Shown here piece after piece: positions 12,801 to 25,589 of a DNA stretch of 64,000 nt (its first letter is position 1; every line of letters begins with the position of its first letter). The DNA is from Mytilus edulis (lineage: Eukaryota): contig NC_092345.1 of NCBI RefSeq assembly GCF_963676685.1, positions 106,144,001 through 106,208,000 on the forward strand, read 5' to 3'. The notes under the pieces are model-generated. The model saw nothing but the letters and a program-made list of their open reading frames with translations, searched no databases and was not told where the DNA came from. A program made the position numbers and the translations under genes.

Positions 12801-15800
12801 AAGAAATCAACAATGAGATAGATGCTTAAAGAAAGCCACTAACCTTGGTCGCTCACTGTAACACAGAACTGTGGATTTTGTAGTTTGCTTTGGAAGCCTC
12901 CAGCTTTCCCTCTTCGCCAATTTCCAAATAAGGATGTCACATAGTCTATTAAGCAATACAATATAATATATATGTCTAAATCAATCCCAACGTTAATAAA
13001 ATCACAAAAACAAAATAAAAAGTGTCTAATAAGCAATACAAGATAATATATATGTCTAAATCAATCCCAACGTTAATAAAAATTAAAAAAAAACAAAATA
13101 GAAAGTTGGAATATTATAATAAAACAGTTTAATTAAATGTTTGACAATACAGTCTTATAACCCGGATTTGTTTTCTCTCAATCGATTTGTGACTTCAGAA
13201 CACCGGTATACTACTGTTGCCTTTATTTAGTTGACAATAAAGTCATGTAACCCGGATTTGTTTTCTCTAACTCGATTTATGACTTTTGAACACCTGTATA
13301 CTACTGTTGCCTTTATTCAGTATCCTTGGAAATAACGATTTGACCAGAAACGTTAAGCCTGCTGGTCTTATATGTTGCTGTGTGTCATATCAGAATTGTT
13401 TCTTGGTTATCAGAATTTGGTTTAATTCGCAAACATTTGACTGTTTTTGTTAATGTATATACAACATGTATAATACTCTGGATGTTATAGAGCTCAACAT
13501 ATAATGAAGATATCTGTCTATTGATGAAGACTGAATGTTGTCGTCTATATATTTGGTTTGGGTTATTTTATCCTGGCAGGTTTCAGTCTTCACAGAAAAC
13601 TCCTTGTCCAAATATCGTTGCTTTATATATTTTAATGAAAGAGAGGTGGAAGATATGAAAGGAATGTACAATATCTAAAACAAACAACAGTCTACAAAAC
13701 ACAAAGGACTGAGCAGCACAACGCCCACCAACAAACAGGAAATGATCGCAGGGGCTTTTGAAGGGTATGCAGTAGGGTATGCAGTAATGACTTACTTAGC
13801 GTATCAGCCGTTCCATCTCTGTCAACGTCTGGTGTTAGATTGCAAATGGTGCACTGTTCAAAATACTTGAGGAAATGGTTTACATCCATATAGAATTCCC
13901 CGTCATCTTTATTTGGATGCGGAATAGAACCTCCATACTGACTCATCTCGTTACTCCTACAGATAATTACAACATATATTTAGACACTATAAAGAAAGGG
14001 TATACGTATGATTGGCAGAAACCAAGATAATATTAAAAAAAAATTGGGGCCATTTGGATTTTGTTAAAAGGGTACAAGTATTTGCCAAAAGTTGAAGACT
14101 TGTTCATCTAATTTCAACTGTTTTCTAGAGAATTAATATTACACCTTTGAGAATGATCGCGTTATCTTATTTCCCTATAATTTATACGTTTGTCTACATC
14201 TAATAGACGAGTATATTTTATATAATAAATCATTGTCTTATTTATAAATGGAACACGATAAACTTTATAAAAGAACTAACCCGTCACTCCATGGTCCGTT
14301 CCATTCCTGTCTTCCCCATGGGTTACGTATACGAACCAACATATTATCTCCTACCTACAAACAATTTGTGTGAAGAGATATAACATTTATTTATCATATT
14401 CTCAAATGAGCAGAAATATGTTCTATAACATTATACAGAATTGTATAATCCTTTCAGAATTTTAACAAGTATTGTTCGGCATTTAATGTGGTGGCTGTCT
14501 AAACTAACATACTTTTTACAGTTTAAAGTATATATCAGAAGTGGGTGGAAAGTCTTCTTGTCGTTGATATTTCAAAATTCTAAAGTGAATCTATAATGCA
14601 ACAAAAATAGATATAAACTGATTATCTAACCTGGTATGTTCCATTCATTGAGTATGCATGACCTCCAACTAAACCATGCTGGCCATCACTTTTTTGCTGA
14701 AACAAAGTATTTTCAAATTATTCTTATTATAAAACACAATACATCGGTATGGTGTTACGTTCCACTGATATATTCCTCAATTCAATTAAAACTTTTCAAA
14801 ATGTATAAATAGAAACATATGTTGGAGGGGTGAACAAATATACAAAAATAACCACTTATTTCATACAATTCTAAAATACAGACTTTGATATACGGCTCAA
14901 CATTGGGTAAAGAAATATTGAAATTGAAACACTAACATAATTTATCCTTCAATTACATACAAGAATGTATTTATAAACCCCTGTATGAAAGTCATCAATA
15001 CAATATGCTAACCGGACAAACACAGCCAACCATTGTAGTCGGTGACTGGAATGTACTTACCGGACAAACACAGCCAACCATTGTAGTCGGTGACTGGAAT
15101 GCATTTTTAAGTCTCCGAAACAATTGTTGAGATGACATTTTCATTGTTTCAAACTTAATAGCTTCTCCGACACCGGCAGTAAGGTTCATAAAGGCATCGG
15201 CTGTTCTTCCACCTGATACCTCATCGTAACTGCCATACATTCTACAAATATTAGTTCAAGATATTATAGTTACTTGAAACAAAAGAAATCATTTATCCTA
15301 CACTACATAAAGTTAACCTTAGAACTTACATCAATTATAGTTCTGGTCAGGCCTTTTAATTTTGAATGCCCATGAATGTTTTCTGTATTCTAGCTTTCCA
15401 ATTTGGACCTATATCGTTCTTGAAGAGGTAATTCGGGTAACTCATGTTGCGTATTTATTGTGAATGCGATGATCACATCGCTTATAATTATGAAAGTATA
15501 AAAGCATTTTTTTTTAATAAGTTTACTGTAACTCCCATTTCATATTCGAACGAAATTAATTTGCAAACACTTTCTTTTTGGTGTAAATATAGTTAACGAT
15601 TAGTCATAATCAACTATCTACAAAACTTACCGTGCGAACGCCTTCTCGAGAAGAGCCACCCACATTTCGTTAGGATCGGTATTAGAGTGAGCTCCATAAA
15701 GTCCCCCCCGACCGGATGTAGGTAGTTTGTCATCTATATATATTTCGCTCCAGTGTCCAAATCTCCAAAAGCGGCAATGAAAGACACCGTCATAGTCATT

Positions 15801-18800
15801 AGTACCGATCTTATAATCTCTAGCTGGAACCACCTGTCAATATGTGAAAGTAGCAGTCATAATGTCATGTATCTAGAACACTTTTTTTATTGGCAACATT
15901 TCCTGTAGATTCCTTGCAAATACAACAGATATTCATTTCAAGGTCCTCGATATTCTTTGATATTCTTTGACTATGAAAATGTTCAAGATAGTTATAATAT
16001 AAAGGTTCAACCTACGAAAGAGTCGAAACCAATATAAAGTTTACTGGCAACATGTTTTATTTTGATCTTATTGTAAAGTACGAACGTTTTCCCAATTTTG
16101 CAAGCAGATTCAATTTATTTTAAAATACTTTAGAGAGCAATACTCATTAATTCATTATTTTTCTATTAGATCGACTCTCAAGTTTTTTCAAGAATAATAA
16201 ATTGTTTATAAAAGAATAATGTAAATGCAGTATTTTATTTTGGAGAATATAACATGTGCTTACTCGTGCTATCGGTTTTGTGTAAATACAGTGTTCTATT
16301 TTGGAGAGTATAAAATATGCTTACTCGTTCTAACAGCCTTGGTTTATCTGCAATATTTGCCACCATAGACAAAAACCAACAGGTACCAACTCTACCTTGT
16401 CCAATATCAAATCTTGTGGTACCATCAGTAAACAAAGCTGGATTTTGACAAATTTCCTACAAGATACAATTGTTTAAGAAATACACCAATGAGTCCATGT
16501 TTAATAGTAGAGGGTGAAGATAAATCTTAGCAGTTTTTTATTGGGTTTTTTTTATATTTCTATCATAGTATTTCTGCTTTACAAGCAATTATAGTTTCTA
16601 CTAAATATTCTAAAACGTTATCAATACATGTATGCTAAACCCATCATCTTCCTTTTAATTCATATTCACAACATTGGTATCGTTGAATTATACATATGTT
16701 TCAAGTCCATAATTCCTATTCGAGTACGAACATTTTCGGAACTTCTCTTATATATTGTAGAACTCGGTAAATGTTTCCACCAAAAGACATTCTTAATGGA
16801 TTTTATTGTCTTATGCTACTCACAGGAGATGTGTTTATTGGTAAAATTAAGAATGGGAACGGGGAATGTTTCAAAGAGACAACAACCCGGCGACCAAAGA
16901 CCAATGAAATATGACTTTTAGATAAATATTCCATAAGTACACATAGCGAAGTTCTCACTCGGATACACACACTATTATATTAAACTATATAAGGACTATT
17001 ACAGGGAAAAACATATTGGAGTCAGGCTTGTTTACTGCATGTCGTCTTTCGCTATTGTTATGTGACACTGTATGTAATTAGTTGCTATCCATTCTTTCAC
17101 ATAAAAATAATGATGAAACTGTTCAAAAACAGAAATGTTTGAAAATATGTTCAAGACAGGCGAGACAAAAAAGGGTAATCTTAATATCCTTAAATAGTTT
17201 TGTTTACAATTTTTTTTTTATCTATGCTGCAAAAAAAGCCTTTAGATTCAGTTTTGAGATCGGCGTTAAATGTAGTAACGTTAAAACGGCTAGACTTTTG
17301 ACTCAACACTTTTATTCCATGGTATAAATAGTTTATTGGTCTGGAACAGTAGTTTTTCACAGTTAATTATACATAGTACTTCCTAGTGTCAGTAGTGAAA
17401 TCTGATAGCTTATTTAATTTCAAAGTCACAAAAGTACAAGACACAAGACATAACACACATAGCATGCGTTTCTTATGTACAAGACTCAAAACAGTGCAAA
17501 GACATGTTTCAATGTGAAGTCAATAGCATAAAATACCAGACATAAACTGACCCACACAATCTTAATTATATACTCACAGCTGGTCTTTGCCATTGAAGTC
17601 CAGATGCACTAGGAACAGCCACATCAACGGTGAATTCAAACTCAGTGTAAAGTCCATTGTCGTTGGGTGAAGGTCTCGATGGGTTTGTGAATTCTCCGCC
17701 TTCTGTGCGGAAATCTATGAACCGTTCTTTTGTTCCAACATCTGTTGGTATATATTCTGATCGACCAAAGTCCGGTGGTGCCGGCGTCTCCATATTACCA
17801 GTATCGTCGAAGTCGACATTGTCTTTTCCTGGTTTTATCGTTTCCCCTCCATTTCTTGTTTCGTCATTCTGAATTAATTAAAGGGGGATTATTTTGTATG
17901 AATATTTACTAGAAAGACACACAATAAAATGTGTCTTATTGATATATGTCCAACGACTTCTTTATATGCCTTGGTAAATTTCTTAGAGCAGTGGCAGTTA
18001 CTAGTTTAAAGCCAATTATAACATACAAAATAAATAATGATTTCCCGAATACAATATCACATCCAATGGATGTGGTGGAAAGACATATACGTTATGTGGG
18101 ATAGTAAGTGGTCATACCTTTTAACCAATAAAGTATAGCATGTAGTAATCTTTATTAAAAAACGATTGTTGGATACAGAATGCAGTGTTGTGCTCTTGTC
18201 CAAACAGAATGCCAGTCTATTTTATCATTCAAAGTTTTGTTCCATTCAATTTCGGATTTCGAACTAATGCATTTGTTCTTTTTTGCAATGATTTTTTCTG
18301 GATGAATTTTCTCTCCTTAGATTGGCATTCTCTTTACATATTTATATTACATATCTTAGTAGCATTGGTGGGAAACTATTTTACACACCATGATGTTTTT
18401 CAAATAAGTGTATACATCACGTGGTATACATCCTAATATATATCAATAAGCAAAACATCTAGGTGTTTACACTTTCGTGACATGTCAATATCAATAGGGT
18501 TTATATCCTCTCAAGAACACAATTTAATTAACAAAATAATACATAGAATGAAATTCAAAACAGTGTGGCTGTGGCCATTGATTGACACATTAAATTCATC
18601 CATTGACTGGGACAATTTAGGTGAACGTTTGTATGTAACGACCACTGCTCACTATGTACTTTTTAAAGACACTTAAACTATGGGGTCACCAAAGGTTCTC
18701 AACACCTTAATAAAGTAATTCGAAAAAATTAATCAGAAATAACACGATGTTTTTATTTATATCAATTATATAAATCAAAACATAAAGGTTATTCCTGATT

Positions 18801-20350
18801 AATTTTTCGAATTATTTTATAATTAAAGGCGTTAAGAAACCTTTGGTGATCCCACAGTTTAAATGTCTATCGTAGGTACGTCGTGAACAGTGGTCGTTAC
18901 AGACAAACGTTCACGTAAATTGTCCCAGTCAATGGATGAATTTAATGTGTCAATCAATGACCACAGCCACACTGTTTTGAATTTCATTCTATTATGAAAC
19001 TAAATATTAAACGCTTGGTTAAGATGGTCAAACTAGAAATAAAAGTATCTTTCATTTGTTTTGTTTTTTAATGTAAAAGTATAAATGTACACGGTAATAC
19101 AAAGCTCAATGTGTTTTTAATATGAATTGGAAATGTTAGCAACATAAAAATCAGATCAAATGATTAGTTCAGCTCAATGAATCAAACCTTATCACTAAAC
19201 GAATTTTGAAATCTGTTCTTGCATTAAAATATAAAATCTAACGAAGCAATTTCGGACTTTACCGAGATCCAACACTCACATAACACTTTTAAAAGCAGGA
19301 TTTAATTGTGTCCAGTGTTTTTCATTCTATTAACATATATTTTGATTTTTGTGAATATATAAATATATTATTAGGGGGTGGACAAGATAAAACATAGCAT
19401 ACCGGTAAAATGTAAATAGAAATGGAAGAACAACTTCCACCAAGCACAATACATTACAACCAAAAATAGTGCTACTCAATACTGAAACACAACACATGCG
19501 GGCTATAAACATGTTAGTAACACGAATTGTAACACTCAATAAAAATGCCAATGCCTACTCCATATACAAGCGAGTTGTAATACCAATTACCCAGAGAGAA
19601 GTTAGATTAATTTAGACATACACATATAAGATTGTATTATTATTTGATTAAAATATATAATGTCTTGTTAGTTAAGTGAGACAGACAGACAAACAGAACA
19701 CACACACAAAGCAGATGAAATTTTACCATATCTGTTGGTATAGGCATCGGTGGTGCTGATGGCGTTATTTGTTTCTGTTCCTCTTGTGGCGGTGGCGGTG
19801 TTATTTGTTTCTCCTCTTCCTGTTGCGGCGTTGGGGGTACCTGTTGTTGGTCCTCGTCAGTTGGGTTTCTCATGTCATTATCATCTTGTGGTGGTGGTGG
19901 TGGTTTCGGACTTGGTTGTCGCTCTTGTTCCTGTTCTATAGGAGTAGGCGATGGTACTGGACTTGGTTGTCTTTCCTCTTTTTCTTCAACAGGCGGAGGA
20001 GGGAGCACAGGTGGTGCCTCTTCTTTTTCCTTAGGTGTTGGAACAGGATCTGGCGGAGGCGGTGTTATGACTTTTCTTTCCTGTTGCTGTTTCTTGTCAT
20101 TTTCTGTGAGTTTTACCGGCGGTGGCGGAACAGGATGTACATTATTTGGCTGATTTACTTCTTTGCTTTTTTTACTACCATCTGATGAAGACGATGAAGA
20201 CGATGATGTAGATGCCTTTCTACTTTTATTTGTATTGCCATATAGTTGGCTATCCGTTGGTGTTTTAGTTTTCCTACTTACATTTGTGTTTCCATGGTGA
20301 CCAAGCGATGCATATTGTGTGCCGGTATCTGATGATGGTGCACATCCCAT
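6846..20350 (-). CDS. Atypical calpain (~885 aa): MGC-acylated Pro-rich N-terminus, CysPc protease core, two tandem CBSW (domain III) modules, no PEF domain
   Basis: Exons (minus strand): 20350-19727, 17868-17578, 16456-16325, 15833-15631, 15241-15061, 14696-14631, 14354-14281, 13956-13796, 12945-12844, 11482-11382, 10349-10135, 9663-9587, 9061-8948, 8251-8178, 7397-7171, 6861-6846. All introns are GT-AG, phases are consistent, total 2658 nt. Calpain motifs: WQRPAEIC, DIGQGRVGTCWFL (catalytic Cys), FWRFGHW..YIDDKLP, NEMWVALLEKAFAR, GLVGGHAYS (His), RIRNPWG..EWNGPWSD (Asn), DDGEFYM. Two AGG...NPQF / PG.Y domain-III repeats follow. The last micro-exon is less certain; the alternative is an unspliced stop at 7167. 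Confidence 0.9.
8510..8750 (+). repeat. Dispersed repeat with an inverted copy at ~5945-6150
   Basis: GTTATCAAAGGTACCAGG...CAGACGCGCGTTTCGTCTACATAAGACTCA... is present reverse-complemented at 5945-6150. Confidence 0.8.
8850..8966. repeat. 31-bp tandem repeat x4 containing the calpain exon-13 donor
   Basis: CATACGCTCATTAATTGTAATAAA(G/T)ATTAAA starts at 8850, 8881, 8912 and 8943. Confidence 0.9.
13160..13320 (+). repeat. Short dispersed repeat in tandem copies
   Basis: AACCCGGATTTGTTTTCTCTCAATCGATTT.TGACTT..GAACACCGGTATACTACTGTTGCCTTTATT occurs twice here, ~3 times at 7972-8157, partially at 10570-10602 and reversed at ~575-650. Confidence 0.7.
18543..18992. mobile_element. Fold-back MITE in calpain intron 1
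   Basis: Near-perfect ~200-bp inverted arms (ATAGAATGAAATTCAAAACAGTGTGGCTGTGG... / ...CCACAGCCACACTGTTTTGAATTTCATTCTAT) spanning almost the whole element. Confidence 0.85.
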
Positions 20351-23300
20351 GTTGAGTATCTTTTCTGTAATAAACATTCACAATTTGTGTTAGAAAAGAT
20401 CAAATTTATTTTAAGATATGTAACAACTGTTTATTATTTTGTCATTATTAGTTTATTGCTAAGTGTTGAAGGCCGGATATAGACCTTAAATGTATGACAT
20501 TTTGGGCTTTTGTGGACATTGTCCTACTGGCAACCATCTACTCATCTTATATGAAACGATTTGATTCGACTCACGTTGAGTCAATGGATCCTTCTACTTC
20601 AAATCTATTAAGTGTAATATGAGTGAAATAAAACGTTTGATTAGACTCACGTTGAGCCAATGATAATTTATAATTTTCTTCAAATCTAACATGAGAATTT
20701 AAGTGTAATATTAGTGAAATAAAACAAATGATTTGACTCGTGTTGACGGCCAATGATCCATTTCCTTCAAATTTTTCATGAGAATTTAAGTGTAATATAA
20801 GTGAAATAAAACAAATGAATAAACTTTGTCGTCCTTAAACACTGTGTGCCTTATCATCATTTCTTTAAAAAAAAAATGATTCATTTACTTCAAATCTATC
20901 ATGAGACTTGAAGTGTAACGTGTGTGAAATATGATTTAACAAATATGGCTGCTCATTAAATGCCGTGTTTTGGAGCCGAAATTTACCGATTGCCACCATA
21001 TAGTAAACAATCAACAAAAAGCATGGGTATTGAGCACATGTTTAACATGTACAATCAGATATTTGTTTATTTTAATGACAGATGCATGCGTATTGCGATC
21101 ACCGGATTTTGAGGAGGGTCACGTTAAGGTCACTATGCATACGGAAAATATGTCGGCGAATTGCTTCCTGGAAGCAAGCAATTACAAATAAGTAAACTTC
21201 TTCTAAATGTGGACAAATTAAAAACTTTCCTCAGAAAAAAAGTATATGTACATAGGTTGTATAATGAAAACTATCCATTTAGTTATAAAAAAACATATGC
21301 ATATTTTTTTTGTAATTTGAGGTTTCATATGACTTTAAAGTGTAATATGAGCAAAATAAAACAATTTGATTCGACTCAGGATGAGTCAATGATACATTAA
21401 TTTAAATCTATCATGGGGATTGTAGTGTAATATGCGATTCGACTCGCGTTTGAAGAATCAATTTCATCACCATATAGACGTAAGAAATGATTTTCTTTTC
21501 ATGTCCATGGGGTCTCTTATTTTCATTCATTACCAGCGGGTGTCAAGTCTTTTTTAATGGCAGAGCGTTTTGTTGTTTCTTTGATTCGATTAGTTAGCTG
21601 AATGTTAAATATATGCTCTGAAAGTTTAATTCGGTGTTATTTTGATTATAAAAATTTATGTAATCGGACTTATAATATTTAAAAGCAAGTCAGTCCGTTT
21701 ATATAACTTTTCATAATAAAAAAAAATCGTTTACCTTTTATAAATTAAGATTGTTCATGTAAGCAGGTACAACAATAAAAATGTTTGAGGTGTATGTCTT
21801 TGTATTTTACAGTTGTGTTTTTTTTGCTTGTGAAAGAGATGTCTACCGTTAGTTTCTATTATTCAATGTCTTCTTTTTCTTTATATCAATTAACTTGAAT
21901 TATCTTTTCCCTCTGCTTTTGTTATTAAAAAGAAATTATATATTTTCTGAATTTTGCCTTTGTGTTTGTTGTTTTACAACTTGTTCTTATGTTGTTTGTT
22001 AAGGAAAGTTTGAACCCTCAGAAACATGTTTCACCCCGCCACATCCTTTATTTGCTTGTCCCAAGTCAGAAGCCTGTAATTCAGTGGTTGTCGTTGAATC
22101 ATGTCTGGCATATTTATTTTTCGTTGATCCTTTTGTTAATAAATCATCGGTTTTCTTGTGCCAATTTCAAATTGGTCATATCAGGTACTGGTCTTTTATA
22201 TCGGACTATACGATATTGATTTTGCTCATTATTGAAAGGCCGTACAATGAACTATAGCTGTATACATCCATGTCACTTGGATTCTAGTGGATCTCGTTGT
22301 CAATCTTACCACATCTCATTTGTTAAATATCTATACATACAGGGTAATATGTAAGTAATAGTCGGGGATCCATGAGTTTTACAGATCAATTGAACTTCAG
22401 TCGTGTTTTACTATAGAAAGCGATCAAATTTTATAAATCATGTTTTATTTAGGTTCAATGAAATGTTAACGATCTGAAACTGACCAGACCATGTTTACTC
22501 GTCTGTGATAGTGAACGTTTTTTGCATATTGTTCAGTGAAGGCCATACGTAGACCTATAATTGTTAACTTCCATTTCATTTTGCTCTCTGATGGAGGGTT
22601 GTCTCATTGCCAACTATACCACATCTTCTTATTTTTATATCCCACGAGATGTACGAAACTAAACAGGGAAAATAATCATTAAAGAATGATTATGCCATGG
22701 TAGTGAAGCTGAAACAACATCGTTAGACCTACCTTGTTCAAATGAATGTCACAAAAATATAATTTATAAAAGTTATTTACAAATCCATGTTAACTTTCAA
22801 CTATCTTAATTCACAGATTATTTTTCAATGTATGCACTAGTTAAATTCCGTTATCAAATGAACCGTGGCGATCATCCAGTTTGAATGTCCAAAATGTTTT
22901 TTAAAATTCTAAATAGAAAACTATACAATAATTGTAATGTGTTTACAATCGAATCTAAGCAACTACGTAAACTAAAAAGATCGGATCGATTTTCACCTCT
23001 GAAATCAAATCGGCTTAGACTTAATTACAAAATATAGGTGAATATATTGGGACGATCATAGACAATTTAATTATGAAAATATTTAATGCATGGGTGACGT
23101 ATTTGTTTCGCTTGTATTTAAACATAATTCAAAACGTCATAAGACTTGAAAAATACAATAAACTTTCAAATCATAGGTTATTTGTTTTATTAATATGTAC
23201 CTGAATGATGCATTGCAAATAAATAGCGGTTAGATTAAAACACAATGTGTTTGTCTTTTTACGATAAAGAGAAATATGAATTGGTTAAGGTGGAGACGGG

Positions 23301-23538
23301 AAGGTAAAAAAAGAGCAAATCACACATAGCTACAACATGTACAATAGATTAAACAATAACTCAGCAAAATAAAACAAATAACATGGTTTATCACAAAGCG
23401 AAATCCCTTTTGAGCCTAAATTATATATATAATCAGCTCACTGGCCAAAGGGGGTTAAGTGATATATATCAGGTTTTCATTGGGTGGCTTCCAAAATCCA
23501 GCGTTGTAGCCCGACGTTCATCGCCCATAATGGCCATA

Positions 23539-23655
23539 TAGTCGTAGCCCGTCGTTTATCGCACATATATAAAGTCGTAGCCCGTCGTTTATCGCACATG
23601 TATAAAGTCGTAGCCCGTCGTTTATCGCATATAAATATAAAGTCGTAGCCCGCGT
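23539..23655. repeat. ~33-bp minisatellite x~4
   Basis: AGTCGTAGCCCGTCGTTTATCGCACATATATAA units. Confidence 0.85.
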
Positions 23656-24111
23656 CGTTCGTAATCCATTATCGTAAGTAAACTTTACAAAAAAAAAATC
23701 TCGTCTGAAACTGCTGTTAAACACTTACGTCTTGTCACAATTATTTTTGGGGTATCTTGTTTAAAAATATGTCCAGTGATCCCACCTGCCAACCATCATG
23801 ACCGACATTGCAAAAATATAGAACAAAGGGGTAGAACGCAAGTTCTGTCTATTATCTTGAAACCCGTTATAAATAGAGAAATCATGTTTCCATGATCCTA
23901 GCAAAAAAATATATAATAATAAGTATTGAATCCTTTATTTAGTAATTGTATATGGTTTAATACACTCTAAACAACCATTCAATTCTTAAAATGATGCCGA
24001 TTTCGGCATATGGTATAATTAAGAGGTGTTTCTCGATTAACATTCACCACTTCCTAAGCATCTTTTACCAATAGTTTAAATAGCAGAAAGTAGACAACTT
24101 TACCATGTTTA

Positions 24112-24200
24112 CATCTTCGCTAGCCACGGGTTACGTACGATCCACTCCCGCTCTCTTGAAGATAACGGGAGTGGATCGTAACCCTTGGCTAGCGAAGATG
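24112..24200. mobile_element. ~90-bp hairpin MITE
   Basis: CATCTTCGCTAGCCA.GGGTTACG...GATCCACTCCCG pairs with CGGGAGTGGATCGTAACCC.TGGCTAGCGAAGATG. Confidence 0.65.
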
Positions 24201-25589
24201 ACAACTTTACTGGAATAAGAATAATAAGAATAAGAATTTTATTAGTATAAAATCCAAACAATAGGATTGTTACTAAAATATACAACAAAAACAAACAAAC
24301 AGACAGTGGCATATTAAATACAAAACGATAGTCATTAAACACTACAAACATGTAGCATTGAAAGAAAAACAAAAACATAGATTATTAGTATTAATTATAA
24401 TACTATTTTTGACAGCATGCCTCCTCTTTAAAATTATCAACTAAAATATTATGCTTATGTTACAAAAAATATGTTATAATATATACAAGTATGGACACAG
24501 ACGCAAATTGTCAGTGGGGTTAAAGGTCGTTACAAATGTATTGAAAGCTAGACTGGAAAAGTGTATTAACAAATTGAGTTGATGTGTACATGTCTTCATT
24601 CAAATGCATTGACTGATAAAAAAAAAGGGGGGCTTCAACTTCCACCCCTCTCTGTGAATTAGTTGTTTGAGTGTTTGAATATGGAGTTTGTTAATAAATA
24701 GCTGCACTGTAAGCGCATGATATGTCTTGATTCCTTTTAAGCTTGCTTAAAGGTTGAACTATTTTGTTTTGTACAATTATTAGTCTATTTGTTTTCTCAT
24801 TTCAGTTGTTTTATATTTGTCATTTTAAGGTCTTTTATAGCTGACTGTGCTGTATGAGCTTTTGTCATTGTTGAAGGCTATTTGGGGACCTGTAGTTGTT
24901 AATCTTGTTTTAAATTTTGGAATGTAGCTGAAGTCAACAGACATAGACAATTCACCCAAGTTTTATAAAATGATGTGGAAGTGTTTATGTGAATAATTGA
25001 GATGGGAAATGAGGAAAGTGTCAAAGTGACAACAACCCAACCATAGAGTAGACAACAGCTGAAGGCCTCCAATGGGTTTTCAATGTAGCCAGAAACTCCT
25101 GCACTTAAAGGTGTCCAAAAACTATAAAATCCCTTCTTTTTTTTAGCATATATAAAAATTCATAACACAGAAATGTATAATCTGGAATTTATTACAATCA
25201 AAAGGGACCTTAGGTCAATGGTGTAAACAATTCACCAAAGTTTAATTAAAGGTGATGGATGCATTTTTGTGTTATTGTTCAAAATTGGAAAATTCTCTCT
25301 TTTTTAAGGATAAAATCTCTCTTCATAACATGATAATGAAAATTCTAAAATTTATAAAATCGATGTGGAGCTTATGTCAATAGATATAAACATTTCAACA
25401 AATTTTCTTGAAAGTAGGGGGAAGTGTTTTCTAGTTATTGTCTGAAGTGTGGATGATGGACTAATAGACAACAGTATACTATATTATGTTGTGTGTGAGA
25501 CATTGGTATAATAAAATGGTTTCGAATGAATAATGATTAGAAACTGTTTAATGCAGTTATTGAGGGAACGACAGTGAAGAAATTCCTGA

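Noticed and set aside
19750-20185. Plus-strand Gly/Cys/Trp-rich ORFs
   Set aside because: They are antisense shadows of the Pro-rich calpain exon 1.
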